A DNA stretch of 61,246 bases from a virus. Its lineage: Duplodnaviria; Caudoviricetes. The notes beneath the pieces were generated by a model. That model ran no database searches, was not told the origin of the DNA, and saw nothing but the letters and a program-made list of their open reading frames with translations. The stretch spans positions 1-61,246 of IMG/VR virus record IMGVR_UViG_3300044251_000017. One strand, written 5' to 3'. Each line of letters starts with the position of its first letter. Position 1 is the stretch's first letter. Below, piece by piece: positions 16,236-24,733 of the stretch. The translations under genes were made by a program, and so were the position numbers.

Positions 16236-18811
16236 GAGAGTCCCCTCTTGTGGATCCAGTTCTCTTGCACGGCCACCATGGCGTCACGCTGGTCCCGCGT
16301 GCGTTGAGCGGTCGTCCCCGTGCGCCCGGCGGCATCGTCGAGGTCTGCGAGCATCCGCTCGTTGCGCATCGACTCGGTCTCGGTGGCCACGTCCGCCGCG
16401 GCCACCTCGGTCGCCTCGTCCACCGCCCACGCCATGACGTAGTCACACATGCAGCCGTTGTGGTCGCCCGGCTGCATGAACAGGCCCACCCACTCGTAGC
16501 CGGGCGGGGGCTTGAGCTCGGGGTCCTCGAAGCCGGCGAACCGGCGGCCGGCGAGGTGGAGGTGCGGCTCGAACGCGCGGACCCGGTCGGTGATGCCGTA
16601 GCGCCAGGTGAACCCGAGCGGCTCGGCCTGGTGAGAGATCACCCGGACAATGTCGTCGCCGGTCGCCAGGCCACCGCCCATCGAGTCGCCCCCGCCGATC
16701 TCGGTCAGCGCCTCGCGCACGTCGCCCGGCAGCACGAGGGTGTCGGGCACCTCGCCGCGCAGTTCGTCGCCCTGGCGCCCGTACATCTTGTCCAGCGCGC
16801 GCTTCTTGAGCGAGCCCTCGAACCGCTTCCAGGCGCTCGGAATGCGCGAGGTGAGCGACTGCGCGAGCGTGGCTTGCGAGGTGAGCGAGATCGGAACGAG
16901 CTTGGCCGCGGCCTTGATGGCGGTCTTGATCGCTCCCGCTGTCCACTTCGCGAACTGAGTAGACAGGATGGCGAACGCCGCGGCGAGCAACGCGTCCTCG
17001 GCCAACCCGAGCTCGGCTATCCGCGCCTGCCCGAGCGTCTCCCCCACGGTCATCGCGTCGGCGCCCTTAACCAGTACGGCCATCGAGCTGTGGTTGGCGG
17101 CCTTGGCCTTGATGCGGTTACCGGCCTTCTCGACGGCGCGCAGCACGGCGTCATCCCCTGCCTGGCGCAGGCGCTCCCGTAGCGCCCGGTCGATCTCGGC
17201 GAGCACCTCGGCCGTGATGATGGCCGGCTCGGGCGCGGCACTGGCCACCTGCGGGACCGGCTGCCGCGGGGTCGTGCCGGGTGCGGCGCCGGGACCGATC
17301 TGCGCAGGCTGGTCGTCGCGGACGGCCTGCCCCTGGATGACCTGCGGGACCGGTGCGGGCTTGGGTTCCTTGAGCCCGAGCAGGATCGTGGCGAGCTGCG
17401 CGGCCACGTCCGGGGAAGACGAGGTCGACTTGATCATCTGGATCTGCCGGAGGTCGTCCTCGTCCGGCGCGTCCTCGTCCGAGAAGCCCTTGGCGTCGCG
17501 GTAGGCCTTGAACGAGATGGCGCCCTTGTCCATCGCCGAGTCCGCGTCCGCCGAGCGGTTCGCGTTCTCGGTGACGTTGCCCGCGTCGTACCAGATCTGG
17601 ACCGACAGGGCCTCGTCCTTGGTGAGGCCGTAACCGCCGTTCGCCTCGGGCAGGCGCAGCTTGCGGCGGAAGTAGCTCATAGTCAGCGAGTCGACGATCA
17701 TCCGCACGTCCGGCTCGATGTAGTTCTTGAACGTCGAGGCGTCGATCAGCCACCCCGTCCAGTGGTTCACCGAGCTCATCGAGCTGCCCGAGTCGCCGGT
17801 GCCCATCATCTCGCTCGGCAGGTTGATGCCGTCCGCGATGCGCATGAGGGCCGCCGTCTGCTTGTTGAGCAGCTCAGGTGAGGTCTCGCGCTCGAACGTG
17901 ACGTGCCGGAACTCCTTGAGATCCTCGGCGTCGCCGCGCAGCACCATCGGCACGATCGCCCCGGCGTCACCCTCGTTGTTGATGGGCGAGGTCATGCCCG
18001 CGGTGAAATCAGCCTGGAAGGTGTCCGTCTCGGGCTCGGCGGCGTCCGGCTCGGCGGTCTTGGAGAACGACAGTTCGTTGGGCACGAGCACGATGCCGTT
18101 GGCGGCGATGCGAGACCGGGCCGCGGCGCGCAGCTCGCGCCCGATGAGGATCACGTCCTCGCACACGTCCATCATCAGCCGCATCGGCGAGTCGGCCAGA
18201 CCGGACCACTGGGGGTGCGGCACCCACAGCCGGATGAGTGCCTCGGTCGTGACGTTGATCGGCCGGGCTGCCTTGCCGGGGATCTCGACGATGCCGAGCC
18301 CGCCGGTGGACGGGATGACCTCGCTCGTGGATCGGACCTTCCACTGCTCGTCCCCGTCGGCGTCCTCGAAGCCGTGCAACCAGCACTCGCCGGCGATATC
18401 GAAGCCCTGCGAGATCATGCCCTGAAAGCTGTAGCCCTCCTCGAACGGCAGCGAGGCCAGGCAGTCAATGGCGGCGTCGATGACGTGCTGATCGAGGACC
18501 GGCTTGTCGTCCTCGTCTACGTCCTCTGTCGGGTCGCCGGTGAGCTTGCGAGGTTCGTCGTCACCGGTCGACACCGCAGCGGCCACGAACTTGACCTTGG
18601 AGATGATGTTGGCTTTGAGGCGCAGCGCCGCGCCGAGCTCGCCGATGTTGTCCCGGTAGTTCCAGGCGATCGCCTGCCAGGCCATCTTGGTGGCCGACAG
18701 GGTGCTGACGACGTTGCGGTCTTGCAGGTCGATGACCATGCCCGAGGCGGTGAACCCGCGGGTGTTCTTGCTCGGCGTCGCCTTGCGCTGCCTGTTCCAG
18801 AACGAGGACAT
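16232..18811 (-). CDS. Portal protein with MuF-like C-terminal extension
   Basis: IAGECW, RLWVPHP..SGLADSP, SRIAANG, NHWTGW; C-terminal H..L.G...PGDHNGCMC. Confidence 0.85.
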   Translation of the reverse strand: MSSFWNRQRKATPSKNTRGFTASGMVIDLQDRNVVSTLSATKMAWQAIAWNYRDNIGELGAALRLKANIISKVKFVAAAVSTGDDEPRKLTGDPTEDVDEDDKPVLDQHVIDAAIDCLASLPFEEGYSFQGMISQGFDIAGECWLHGFEDADGDEQWKVRSTSEVIPSTGGLGIVEIPGKAARPINVTTEALIRLWVPHPQWSGLADSPMRLMMDVCEDVILIGRELRAAARSRIAANGIVLVPNELSFSKTAEPDAAEPETDTFQADFTAGMTSPINNEGDAGAIVPMVLRGDAEDLKEFRHVTFERETSPELLNKQTAALMRIADGINLPSEMMGTGDSGSSMSSVNHWTGWLIDASTFKNYIEPDVRMIVDSLTMSYFRRKLRLPEANGGYGLTKDEALSVQIWYDAGNVTENANRSADADSAMDKGAISFKAYRDAKGFSDEDAPDEDDLRQIQMIKSTSSSPDVAAQLATILLGLKEPKPAPVPQVIQGQAVRDDQPAQIGPGAAPGTTPRQPVPQVASAAPEPAIITAEVLAEIDRALRERLRQAGDDAVLRAVEKAGNRIKAKAANHSSMAVLVKGADAMTVGETLGQARIAELGLAEDALLAAAFAILSTQFAKWTAGAIKTAIKAAAKLVPISLTSQATLAQSLTSRIPSAWKRFEGSLKKRALDKMYGRQGDELRGEVPDTLVLPGDVREALTEIGGGDSMGGGLATGDDIVRVISHQAEPLGFTWRYGITDRVRAFEPHLHLAGRRFAGFEDPELKPPPGYEWVGLFMQPGDHNGCMCDYVMAWAVDEATEVAAADVATETESMRNERMLADLDDAAGRTGTTAQRTRDQRDAMVAVQENWIHKRGLS

Positions 18812-18832
18812 TAAGCGGTCACTCTCCCCGTG

Positions 18833-19258
18833 CTAGTCGGCATCCTCCATCTGATCGACGAGCTCGGTGATCAGACCGGTTACGGCTGAGAATGCCAGAG
18901 CCCGCGCAATGAGGCCCCACACACGCGGGTGCACGGACCGGGCGAGGACGACACCGGCGGCGACGTACGGGGAGAGGCACCAAGGGCAGTCGATCAGTGC
19001 GGCGCCCTTCTTGCCCGCGTAGCGCTTGAGCAACGCGTTGCGCGGCCGGATGGTGATGTTGTCGACCTGCAAGAGTCGGATGATCCGATAAGTCGCTATC
19101 GCGTCCACAGCCACGTCCACAGCGCGGGGCCCCACGAGGCGAGCATCCAGATGGCGAGCGTCGTTGAGGCTCCTACGACGAAGCCGCCCAAGCGCGCGCG
19201 CCGTAGCGCCACGTCGTCCGAGACGTTGTAGCCAATTCTGTGCTGTCCCACGGGTCAC
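18833..19258 (-). CDS. DUF1360-family membrane protein
   Basis: ATYRIIRL..D.I...LIDCPWCLSPYV; start uncertain. Confidence 0.7.
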   Translation of the reverse strand: MTRGTAQNWLQRLGRRGATARALGRLRRRSLNDARHLDARLVGPRAVDVAVDAIATYRIIRLLQVDNITIRPRNALLKRYAGKKGAALIDCPWCLSPYVAAGVVLARSVHPRVWGLIARALAFSAVTGLITELVDQMEDAD

Positions 19259-19599
19259 CGGGTCTCCTCGGAATGATCTTTGATGATGCGGGCACAGGCA
19301 TCTCGCGGTGGCTCCACGCCGACGATCATGGCTTGGCGGGCTACGGCGTCACGCGGCACGGGCGCGAGCAGCGGGTTGGGGATCAAGCCTCGCTCGAACT
19401 CGCGACGGCCTTCTTGCTCGCGGACCAACCGGCCCCACTCGCCGCCGGGCACCTCGTAGTTGATCGTCGCCATTTCCGCCTGCTCGCACCGGTCGCCGAT
19501 CGAGCCGGCCCGGACATGCCACGCCTGCTTGGTCAACTCGAAGCGCCCGCACGTCGGACACCAGTACCCCTCGATGCTGTCGGGCGGCAGCTCGGTCAT
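19255..19599 (-). CDS. Hypothetical protein
   Basis: CPTC; overlaps neighbours. Confidence 0.55.
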   Translation of the reverse strand: MTELPPDSIEGYWCPTCGRFELTKQAWHVRAGSIGDRCEQAEMATINYEVPGGEWGRLVREQEGRREFERGLIPNPLLAPVPRDAVARQAMIVGVEPPRDACARIIKDHSEETR

Positions 19600-19889
19600 G
19601 CGCTCCACGCTTTCTCGATGGCGGCAAGGGCGGCCTCGCCCTGCTTGGCCAGATTGCAGGTCGGGCAGGTGTCCTTGAAGTCGTGATCATGATCCGGGCA
19701 GGTCCACGAGATCTCCACGAGCGTGGCCTCGGCAGCGTGCAAAGCGGCTATGTCAAGCTCGGCCTGCTCGCGCAGCGCGGCGAGGTCTCGCATGGCCCGC
19801 CGGCGCACGCGGTCCGGGCGCAGCCAAAAGAACATGATCCAGTTCCCGATGATGGCGACCCACACTGCCCACTCAAGCGCCTGTTTCAC
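19596..19889 (-). CDS. Hypothetical membrane/Zn-binding protein
   Basis: GTGA overlap; TM; CPDH..CPTC. Confidence 0.55.
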   Translation of the reverse strand: MKQALEWAVWVAIIGNWIMFFWLRPDRVRRRAMRDLAALREQAELDIAALHAAEATLVEISWTCPDHDHDFKDTCPTCNLAKQGEAALAAIEKAWSA

Positions 19890-20080
19890 GCCGTGCACCC
19901 CATCTCGGCGAGCAGGCCGCGCCAGGCGGACCGGATGGCGGTGTGTTCGTCCGTGTCCTCGGCGGTCGCCGTCGCGCCGGTGGGGACGTGCACGAGTTCG
20001 ATCTTGATCGTCTTGGCCGTGATCAGCTGCCACGAGGTCGCCCGGCAGTCCTGCGGCTCGGGCCGGGTCACGGTGTCCAC
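19886..20080 (-). CDS. Hypothetical protein
   Basis: AAGGAGG RBS; LVHVPTG motif. Confidence 0.6.
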   Translation of the reverse strand: MDTVTRPEPQDCRATSWQLITAKTIKIELVHVPTGATATAEDTDEHTAIRSAWRGLLAEMGCTA

Positions 20081-20331
20081 TCCTCCTTGGGCTTGCCGTC
20101 GGCGTCCAGCCGGGTGACGCGCAGTCCGTACGCCTCGGCCCCCGGTGTCGGCTCACCGAAAGGGCGCACGGGCCGGGTGCCGCTCGGTGCCGTGATCCGG
20201 GTGTAGGTGGTGTACATGCCGTCCTCGTCCACGATCACGATGACCCATGGCATGTGTGGGTCGTCCGTGATTTTGAAGGCGAGCAGGCCGCCGTCCTCGG
20301 ACATGCGCACGTCGAGTGATCGATCGGTCAT
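20068..20331 (-). CDS. Hypothetical protein
   Basis: ATGA overlap. Confidence 0.55.
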   Translation of the reverse strand: MTDRSLDVRMSEDGGLLAFKITDDPHMPWVIVIVDEDGMYTTYTRITAPSGTRPVRPFGEPTPGAEAYGLRVTRLDADGKPKEEWTP

Positions 20332-20657
20332 GCCGGGACCGGCCAGGGCGAGGTGTTCGTGGCCCACGCGGGAATCCAGCGGGACATGCCACCGCACTTG
20401 CAGCCGCCGGTGGGGGTGACCACGGCGAGGCCCTCGATGGTCTCGAAGTCGATGCCGTTGTTGCGGACCTGCATGTCCGGTTGCGGGGTCTGCGTGAAGT
20501 CGATCTCGGCTTGCCACTGCGGGGTGACGCCGTCCTCGGGCTTGCGAGTGAAGACCTTGAGGCCCTCGTCCGTCGCATAGACACGGGCCCGGTGGATCAC
20601 GGACTTGTCCGGCAGCAACACGGTGGCCGGGAACCATTGCGCGTAGATCAAGGTCAT
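20328..20657 (-). CDS. Hypothetical protein (leaderless, GCKCG)
   Basis: ATG 6 nt after TAGGAT. Confidence 0.7.
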   Translation of the reverse strand: MTLIYAQWFPATVLLPDKSVIHRARVYATDEGLKVFTRKPEDGVTPQWQAEIDFTQTPQPDMQVRNNGIDFETIEGLAVVTPTGGCKCGGMSRWIPAWATNTSPWPVPA

Positions 20658-20663
20658 GGGGTC

Positions 20664-20691
20664 ATCCTAGTCTCTCCCCCTGCAATGGGGG
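20664..20691 (-). promoter_or_regulatory. Offset-box promoter (box 6 nt upstream of TAGGAT)
   Basis: cccccattgcaggggg-agagac-TAGGAT-6 nt-ATG. Confidence 0.65.
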
Positions 20692-20699
20692 TAGATGCA

Positions 20700-20746
20700 G
20701 GAAAGACCCCTGCCGATGCTCAATGAGCGCGGCCCGGGGCCTTTCC
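20700..20746. terminator. Intrinsic terminator
   Basis: GGAAAGACCCC...GGGGCCTTTCC. Confidence 0.7.
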
Positions 20747-20870
20747 TTAACTCGGTTGAGGGAGCGGCGCCAGGGCCCTCGCCTCCGGTATTGCGAGCAG
20801 TCATCTCGGGGGAGAGTCCTACTCGATCACGGACTTGCGGGCCGGGGAACCACTGTCGAACCTCGTAAAG
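20746..20870 (-). ncRNA. Candidate structured ncRNA 1
   Basis: Between box promoter (TAGCTT 20878-20873) and terminator; end-to-end stem plus inner hairpins; no credible ORF. Confidence 0.55.
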
Positions 20871-20872
20871 CC

Positions 20873-20899
20873 AAGCTATCACACCCCCCGTATTGGGGG
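20873..20899 (-). promoter_or_regulatory. Offset-box promoter
   Basis: cccccaatacgggggg-tgtga-TAGCTT. Confidence 0.6.
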
Positions 20900-20902
20900 C
20901 AA

Positions 20903-21370
20903 CTACTTCGCTCCGTCGAGCAGGCTCTTGACCGTCTCGGCGGCCTCGGTGGCGTCGAGGATCTTGTCATCGTCCTCGACACTGTCATCCAGCACGAGCA
21001 CCTTGTCCACAAGGTCGACCACCGCTACACGGAGTTCTTCCGCGGTAGCCGTCATTTCAGCGAACGTCGCGACGGTGGCCGGATTCGAGAACATCGCGAA
21101 CGCCGGCATGGCCGCCCCCGTCACGGTCAGGACAGCGCCGTGCATCTCGCGCAAGGTGTCGTGGTCGCCCCGGCGCTTGGCCTCCTCGGCAAGCTCGGAC
21201 TGCGCGCGGGCACGCCAGGGCCCGCGGCTGGTGGTCGACAGCTCGGACCAGACAGCACTAGTCATGCGATCGAGAGGAGGGACGTTGTAGAACTCGGCGT
21301 ACAGCTGCTCGGCGCGGCGCTCTACGTCCATGGCGGGCACAGTGGCCTCGGGTTCGTTAGGCATGATCAT
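20903..21370 (-). CDS. Hypothetical protein
   Basis: AAAGGA RBS. Confidence 0.65.
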   Translation of the reverse strand: MIMPNEPEATVPAMDVERRAEQLYAEFYNVPPLDRMTSAVWSELSTTSRGPWRARAQSELAEEAKRRGDHDTLREMHGAVLTVTGAAMPAFAMFSNPATVATFAEMTATAEELRVAVVDLVDKVLVLDDSVEDDDKILDATEAAETVKSLLDGAK

Positions 21371-21382
21371 TTCCTTTCGGGG

Positions 21383-21874
21383 TTAGCGGAACACACTCAT
21401 GATCGAACGCCAGATTCGGCGCCACATCGACTCGGGCCACTCGCGCCAGATGCCGACGGCGTCCCACACGGGCTGCTCGGACAGGTGTGCGCCGCGCAGG
21501 CGCCACGAGGTCATGGTGAGCGTCTGGCCGTCATCCTCGGCCTGGAGTAGGTCCACGTCCACGCCGACCCCGAGGTGCTCGTGGTCCAGCAAGTCGCGGT
21601 AAAACCTCGGGTGCGCGGCCTTGAGCATGTCGAGGTTGATCCAGCCGGACGCCTTGAGCACGCTGCCCGAGCCGCCAAGGAACACCTCCTCGATCACGCC
21701 GACGGGCAGCGGCGCACCGGGCGGGTCCGTCACGCTGTAGAGCACGAGCGGCATGCCCATGGTCTGGATGCCGTGCTCGGGCAAGGCGAGGATGCGGTTG
21801 TCCCGGGACATCAGCCCAAGGTGCGCGAGGTCGCCGTGCCACTGGACGATCCGGTAGCCGAGTGAGTGCCTCAC
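21383..21874 (-). CDS. Stand-alone paralog of the head protease domain, probably inactive
   Basis: SRDNR...MPL...VGVIE...GVGVD...QPVW aligns by eye with TADGR...LPI...MGKLD...GNSID...IPAF. Confidence 0.55.
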   Translation of the reverse strand: MRHSLGYRIVQWHGDLAHLGLMSRDNRILALPEHGIQTMGMPLVLYSVTDPPGAPLPVGVIEEVFLGGSGSVLKASGWINLDMLKAAHPRFYRDLLDHEHLGVGVDVDLLQAEDDGQTLTMTSWRLRGAHLSEQPVWDAVGIWREWPESMWRRIWRSIMSVFR

Positions 21875-22026
21875 GCGAGTTCCTTCCAATCTGCGGGCAC
21901 GCCGATCACGAGGCGCTCACCAAGATCGATCGAGTTCACCTCGAAGATTTCGGACTCGGGATCGCACTGGTAGCGGAGGGCCTGCCCATCGGGCGAGCGC
22001 CACACGCGAATGATGCCCTCGGCCAT
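21871..22026 (-). CDS. Hypothetical protein
   Basis: Start/stop overlaps on both sides. Confidence 0.55.
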   Translation of the reverse strand: MAEGIIRVWRSPDGQALRYQCDPESEIFEVNSIDLGERLVIGVPADWKELA

Positions 22027-22409
22027 CACGGCCTCGCAACGATGTCGTAGTGAGCGATCAGGGCGTTGAGCACCTGCGCGGGGGTGTAGGGCTCGGCGGA
22101 CGAGGCGAGCGGTGGGAGCGAGTCCGTGACCCAGTAGAGCGCCTCGGCGTGGCTGACCTTGCGCATCGTCGCACCCTGCGCGGGCTCGGCCGGAACCTCG
22201 GGCAGCACGAGGCCGTCCGGGCTGTCGGTTGGCGCGGCGGGTGTCATCGGAAACCAGATCTTCCGGCCGTCGTCCTCGGCGAGTTCCCACCGCTTACGGC
22301 AGCGTCCGCCGTCGAGCTTGGCCGTGCACTCCCACACCGTGCCGACCTTGAGCGGCCACTTGAGCGGCAAGATGCACTCGTGGGCCTTGGGCAGCTTAAT
22401 GACTCCCAT
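22026..22409 (-). CDS. Hypothetical protein
   Basis: HECILP...GTVWEC...CRKRW. Confidence 0.6.
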   Translation of the reverse strand: MGVIKLPKAHECILPLKWPLKVGTVWECTAKLDGGRCRKRWELAEDDGRKIWFPMTPAAPTDSPDGLVLPEVPAEPAQGATMRKVSHAEALYWVTDSLPPLASSAEPYTPAQVLNALIAHYDIVARP

Positions 22410-22692
22410 GATCAGGTTCCCTCTCCTTTGCACAGTTGCACAGCGGGTCGTCGCAGTCGCATTCCTCGTCCGCCTCGACGTGGTCACACTCGGGGCAGCG
22501 CAAGGCGTCCTCGATGTAGGCGGGCCATCCCTCGCGGCGGGTCTTGCTCGGCGGCGTGTCGGCGTACTCGTGGCACACGCAGTCGACGTGCTGACATCCG
22601 CAGTTCTCGATGAACGACTTGTGCCCGCAGTCGTGGCAGGTGGACAGCTTGTCGAGCTTGCCCTCGATCCAGGTGCCGAGTCCCATGATCAT
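22396..22692 (-). CDS. Cys-rich Zn-binding protein
   Basis: Two CxxCxH...C..C.C units. Confidence 0.6.
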   Translation of the reverse strand: MIMGLGTWIEGKLDKLSTCHDCGHKSFIENCGCQHVDCVCHEYADTPPSKTRREGWPAYIEDALRCPECDHVEADEECDCDDPLCNCAKEREPDHGSH

Positions 22693-22847
22693 TTGACCTT
22701 GTCGCGTCGGGCATCCCGGACGTTTCCGGGGGCGATGCCGCGCGCGGTCGCCATCCGGTCGGCGTCGGTGCGCTGCGCCTCGATGTTCTGGTGGTCAGCC
22801 TTGACCTCGCGCCGCTCGGCGGCCGTGAGGCGGATCCCCTTAGACAT
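22689..22847 (-). CDS. Small basic protein
   Basis: AAAGGAG RBS directly after ncRNA 2. Confidence 0.6.
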   Translation of the reverse strand: MSKGIRLTAAERREVKADHQNIEAQRTDADRMATARGIAPGNVRDARRDKVK

Positions 22848-22864
22848 GTACTGCTCTCCTTTGA

Positions 22865-23022
22865 AGTACCGGCCTTCACGGCGGGGTGGCGACGCGTCCG
22901 AGATTCGCCTACGGAGTGAGAAAGATTCGGCGCTTACCTGCGCCACGCTCCGCTCGGGACCCTGGAGTCTCACTTGGCTGGTGAGTTCGTCGGTGGCCCC
23001 GACCCCGCTGTGAAGTTGTACT
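22865..23022 (-). ncRNA. Candidate structured ncRNA or 5' leader 2
   Basis: Starts at box promoter; long closing helix AGTAC/GTACT, CTTCAC/GTGAAG, GCGGGGT/ACCCCGC, CGACG/CGTCG with four inner hairpins. Confidence 0.65.
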
Positions 23023-23025
23023 CAT

Positions 23026-23054
23026 ATCATACCCCCCATATTGGGGGGACGCAA
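23026..23054 (-). promoter_or_regulatory. Promoter TTGCGT-17-TATGAT with box
   Basis: TTGCGT ccccccaatatgggggg TATGAT. Confidence 0.85.
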
Positions 23055-23057
23055 GCC

Positions 23058-23396
23058 CTAGGCCACCCTGACGCCGGTGTTCGATCGGCCAGGCTGCGAA
23101 CGGTGATGGCGCATCGCCCGGCTCGGCTCGCGCGACAGGTCCGGCACAGCTGCGATCGCCGGCGGGGGCGCGCAGCCCTGGACCGGCTGCCTGGCGAGCC
23201 ACCGGCGCGTCTTGCCGGACGTGCCACCCCAGACGCCGTATCGCTCGTTGTTCGCCAAGGCAAAGAGCAGGCACTCCACCCGCAGGTCGCAGCCAAAGCA
23301 CAGCCGGACCGCGGTGTAGCTCGCGGCGCCCTGCTCGGGGAACCACGTCTCGGGATCGGTCTCCGAGCACAGCGCGGTAGACCGATCGAGGGTCAT
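23058..23396 (-). CDS. whiB: WhiB-family transcription factor (second copy)
   Basis: LCSETDPETWFP...CFGCDLRVECL...YGVWGG. Confidence 0.9.
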   Translation of the reverse strand: MTLDRSTALCSETDPETWFPEQGAASYTAVRLCFGCDLRVECLLFALANNERYGVWGGTSGKTRRWLARQPVQGCAPPPAIAAVPDLSREPSRAMRHHRSQPGRSNTGVRVA

Positions 23397-23650
23397 GGCG
23401 TCTCTCGCAGCGCCTCGGCGATCGCCTCGCCAAGACCTTCGAGCTGATCTCTGGCCATGATGAGAGCAATGCTGCCGCCGAGCGGCAGGTCCGCGCAGTG
23501 CCCGCGCAGGCGCACGAGGTGAAAGCATTCTTCGGACTGGTCCACTCCGGCAGTGTCGATAAAGACCGCACGGCCGCTCTCCACAGTCACCTCGTGCGGG
23601 CAGAGGGCGTGTGCGGGAACGTCGAGCATCTTGCGGTCGTCGGCAGGCAT
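23393..23650 (-). CDS. Hypothetical protein
   Basis: Operonic, ATGA overlap. Confidence 0.6.
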   Translation of the reverse strand: MPADDRKMLDVPAHALCPHEVTVESGRAVFIDTAGVDQSEECFHLVRLRGHCADLPLGGSIALIMARDQLEGLGEAIAEALRETP

Positions 23651-23662
23651 GATGATCTTCTT

Positions 23663-24076
23663 TCAGATGGGGTGCGGCAGCTTCGCGAGCGCCGGACCGT
23701 TGATGGCTTCGATGCTCCACAGCGCCAGCGTGGTGCCGTAGACGCCGTAGCGGTCCACGAGTTCGTCCCGGGCGACCTCGGCAAGGTCGCGGTTGTCGTC
23801 CGGCCAGACGAGGAACTCGATCAGCGTGCCCGAGAAGTCCGCACGGTAGGCCTCGCGGTCTTCCTCCTCGTAGCGCGTCCAGTCCGTGTACGTCCCGGAC
23901 ACCGGCTTGCCACCGAGCGCCTCGGGCGGCAGGTCGTAGGCCGCCTCGCTTTTGTGGTTGCGGACCGGCTTGGCCTTGGTCGCCTCGGTGATCTTGGCGG
24001 CGATGACGCGGCGGACCTGCCCCGACTTCCGGGGCTTGGGCCGCCGCGCCGTCTTCCGCCGTCGCTTGGTGGTCAT
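23663..24076 (-). CDS. Hypothetical protein with basic N-terminus
   Basis: ATGA overlap. Confidence 0.65.
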   Translation of the reverse strand: MTTKRRRKTARRPKPRKSGQVRRVIAAKITEATKAKPVRNHKSEAAYDLPPEALGGKPVSGTYTDWTRYEEEDREAYRADFSGTLIEFLVWPDDNRDLAEVARDELVDRYGVYGTTLALWSIEAINGPALAKLPHPI

Positions 24077-24348
24077 ACCAGCCGTGCTCGCTGCTCGTCC
24101 GGCAGGTAGTTGTTATGCACCCACCGGTCCACGCGCGCGCTCCACGTCTCGTTGGCGGCGTTGCCGTGGCCCAGGTAGATCCGGATGCCCAGCTCGACTA
24201 CGTCCACTTTGAGTTCGAGCAGCTCGCCGTCGACAACGTGACTGGCGTACGTCTGGCATTGCGCGAGTTCCGCGCATCCGATGCGCATCTCCTCAGTGGG
24301 CGTTGCGTCGGCATACTGCGCGAGGGTGTACTCGTCCCGGTAGGTCAC
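24073..24348 (-). CDS. Hypothetical protein
   Basis: GTGA overlap. Confidence 0.6.
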   Translation of the reverse strand: MTYRDEYTLAQYADATPTEEMRIGCAELAQCQTYASHVVDGELLELKVDVVELGIRIYLGHGNAANETWSARVDRWVHNNYLPDEQRARLV

Positions 24349-24674
24349 GCGAACACCCCCGACAACGCCTCGATGTCCTCGGGCAGGGCGCGAAACTCGT
24401 CCGGGTAGCGGTAGGCGTAGCGGTCGTAGCTCGCCATGGGCAGCACGTCGGACTCGGCCGTGAGCGCCCATAAGTCCGAGGCGTCCTTGACGAACACGAC
24501 CACGTAGGCACCTCGCCACGTCTGCCCGTTGAGGATGTCGTCCACGATGACCACGCGGGCCTCGTCCGCCTTGTCGTTACGTCCGGGGTCCGGCGTGCAG
24601 TCGACGCCGTCCTTGGTGTACTGCCACGCCCACGTCTGGCCCTCGGGTGCCTGGTCGATGATTCGATCTTGCAC
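24345..24674 (-). CDS. Hypothetical protein
   Basis: GAGGAGG RBS after box promoter. Confidence 0.7.
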   Translation of the reverse strand: MQDRIIDQAPEGQTWAWQYTKDGVDCTPDPGRNDKADEARVVIVDDILNGQTWRGAYVVVFVKDASDLWALTAESDVLPMASYDRYAYRYPDEFRALPEDIEALSGVFA

Positions 24675-24701
24675 TAGCCCTCCTCGTCTCGATGTCCTCG
24701 A

Positions 24702-24730
24702 ATCATACCCCCCGAATTGGGGGGACGCAA
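24702..24730 (-). promoter_or_regulatory. Promoter TTGCGT-17-TATGAT with box
   Basis: TTGCGT ccccccaattcgggggg TATGAT. Confidence 0.85.
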
Positions 24731-24733
24731 GAT

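Noticed and set aside
20856-20862. GGTTCGA T-loop-like sequence suggesting a tRNA
   Set aside because: No T-stem, anticodon arm or acceptor stem around it
20667-20882. 71-aa ORF over ncRNA candidate 1
   Set aside because: Starts within the promoter, has no RBS and runs through a terminator and the next promoter
22909-23025. Short ORF MSTTSQR... over ncRNA candidate 2
   Set aside because: The ATG abuts the -10 and lies upstream of the expected TSS; base-pairing explains the region better
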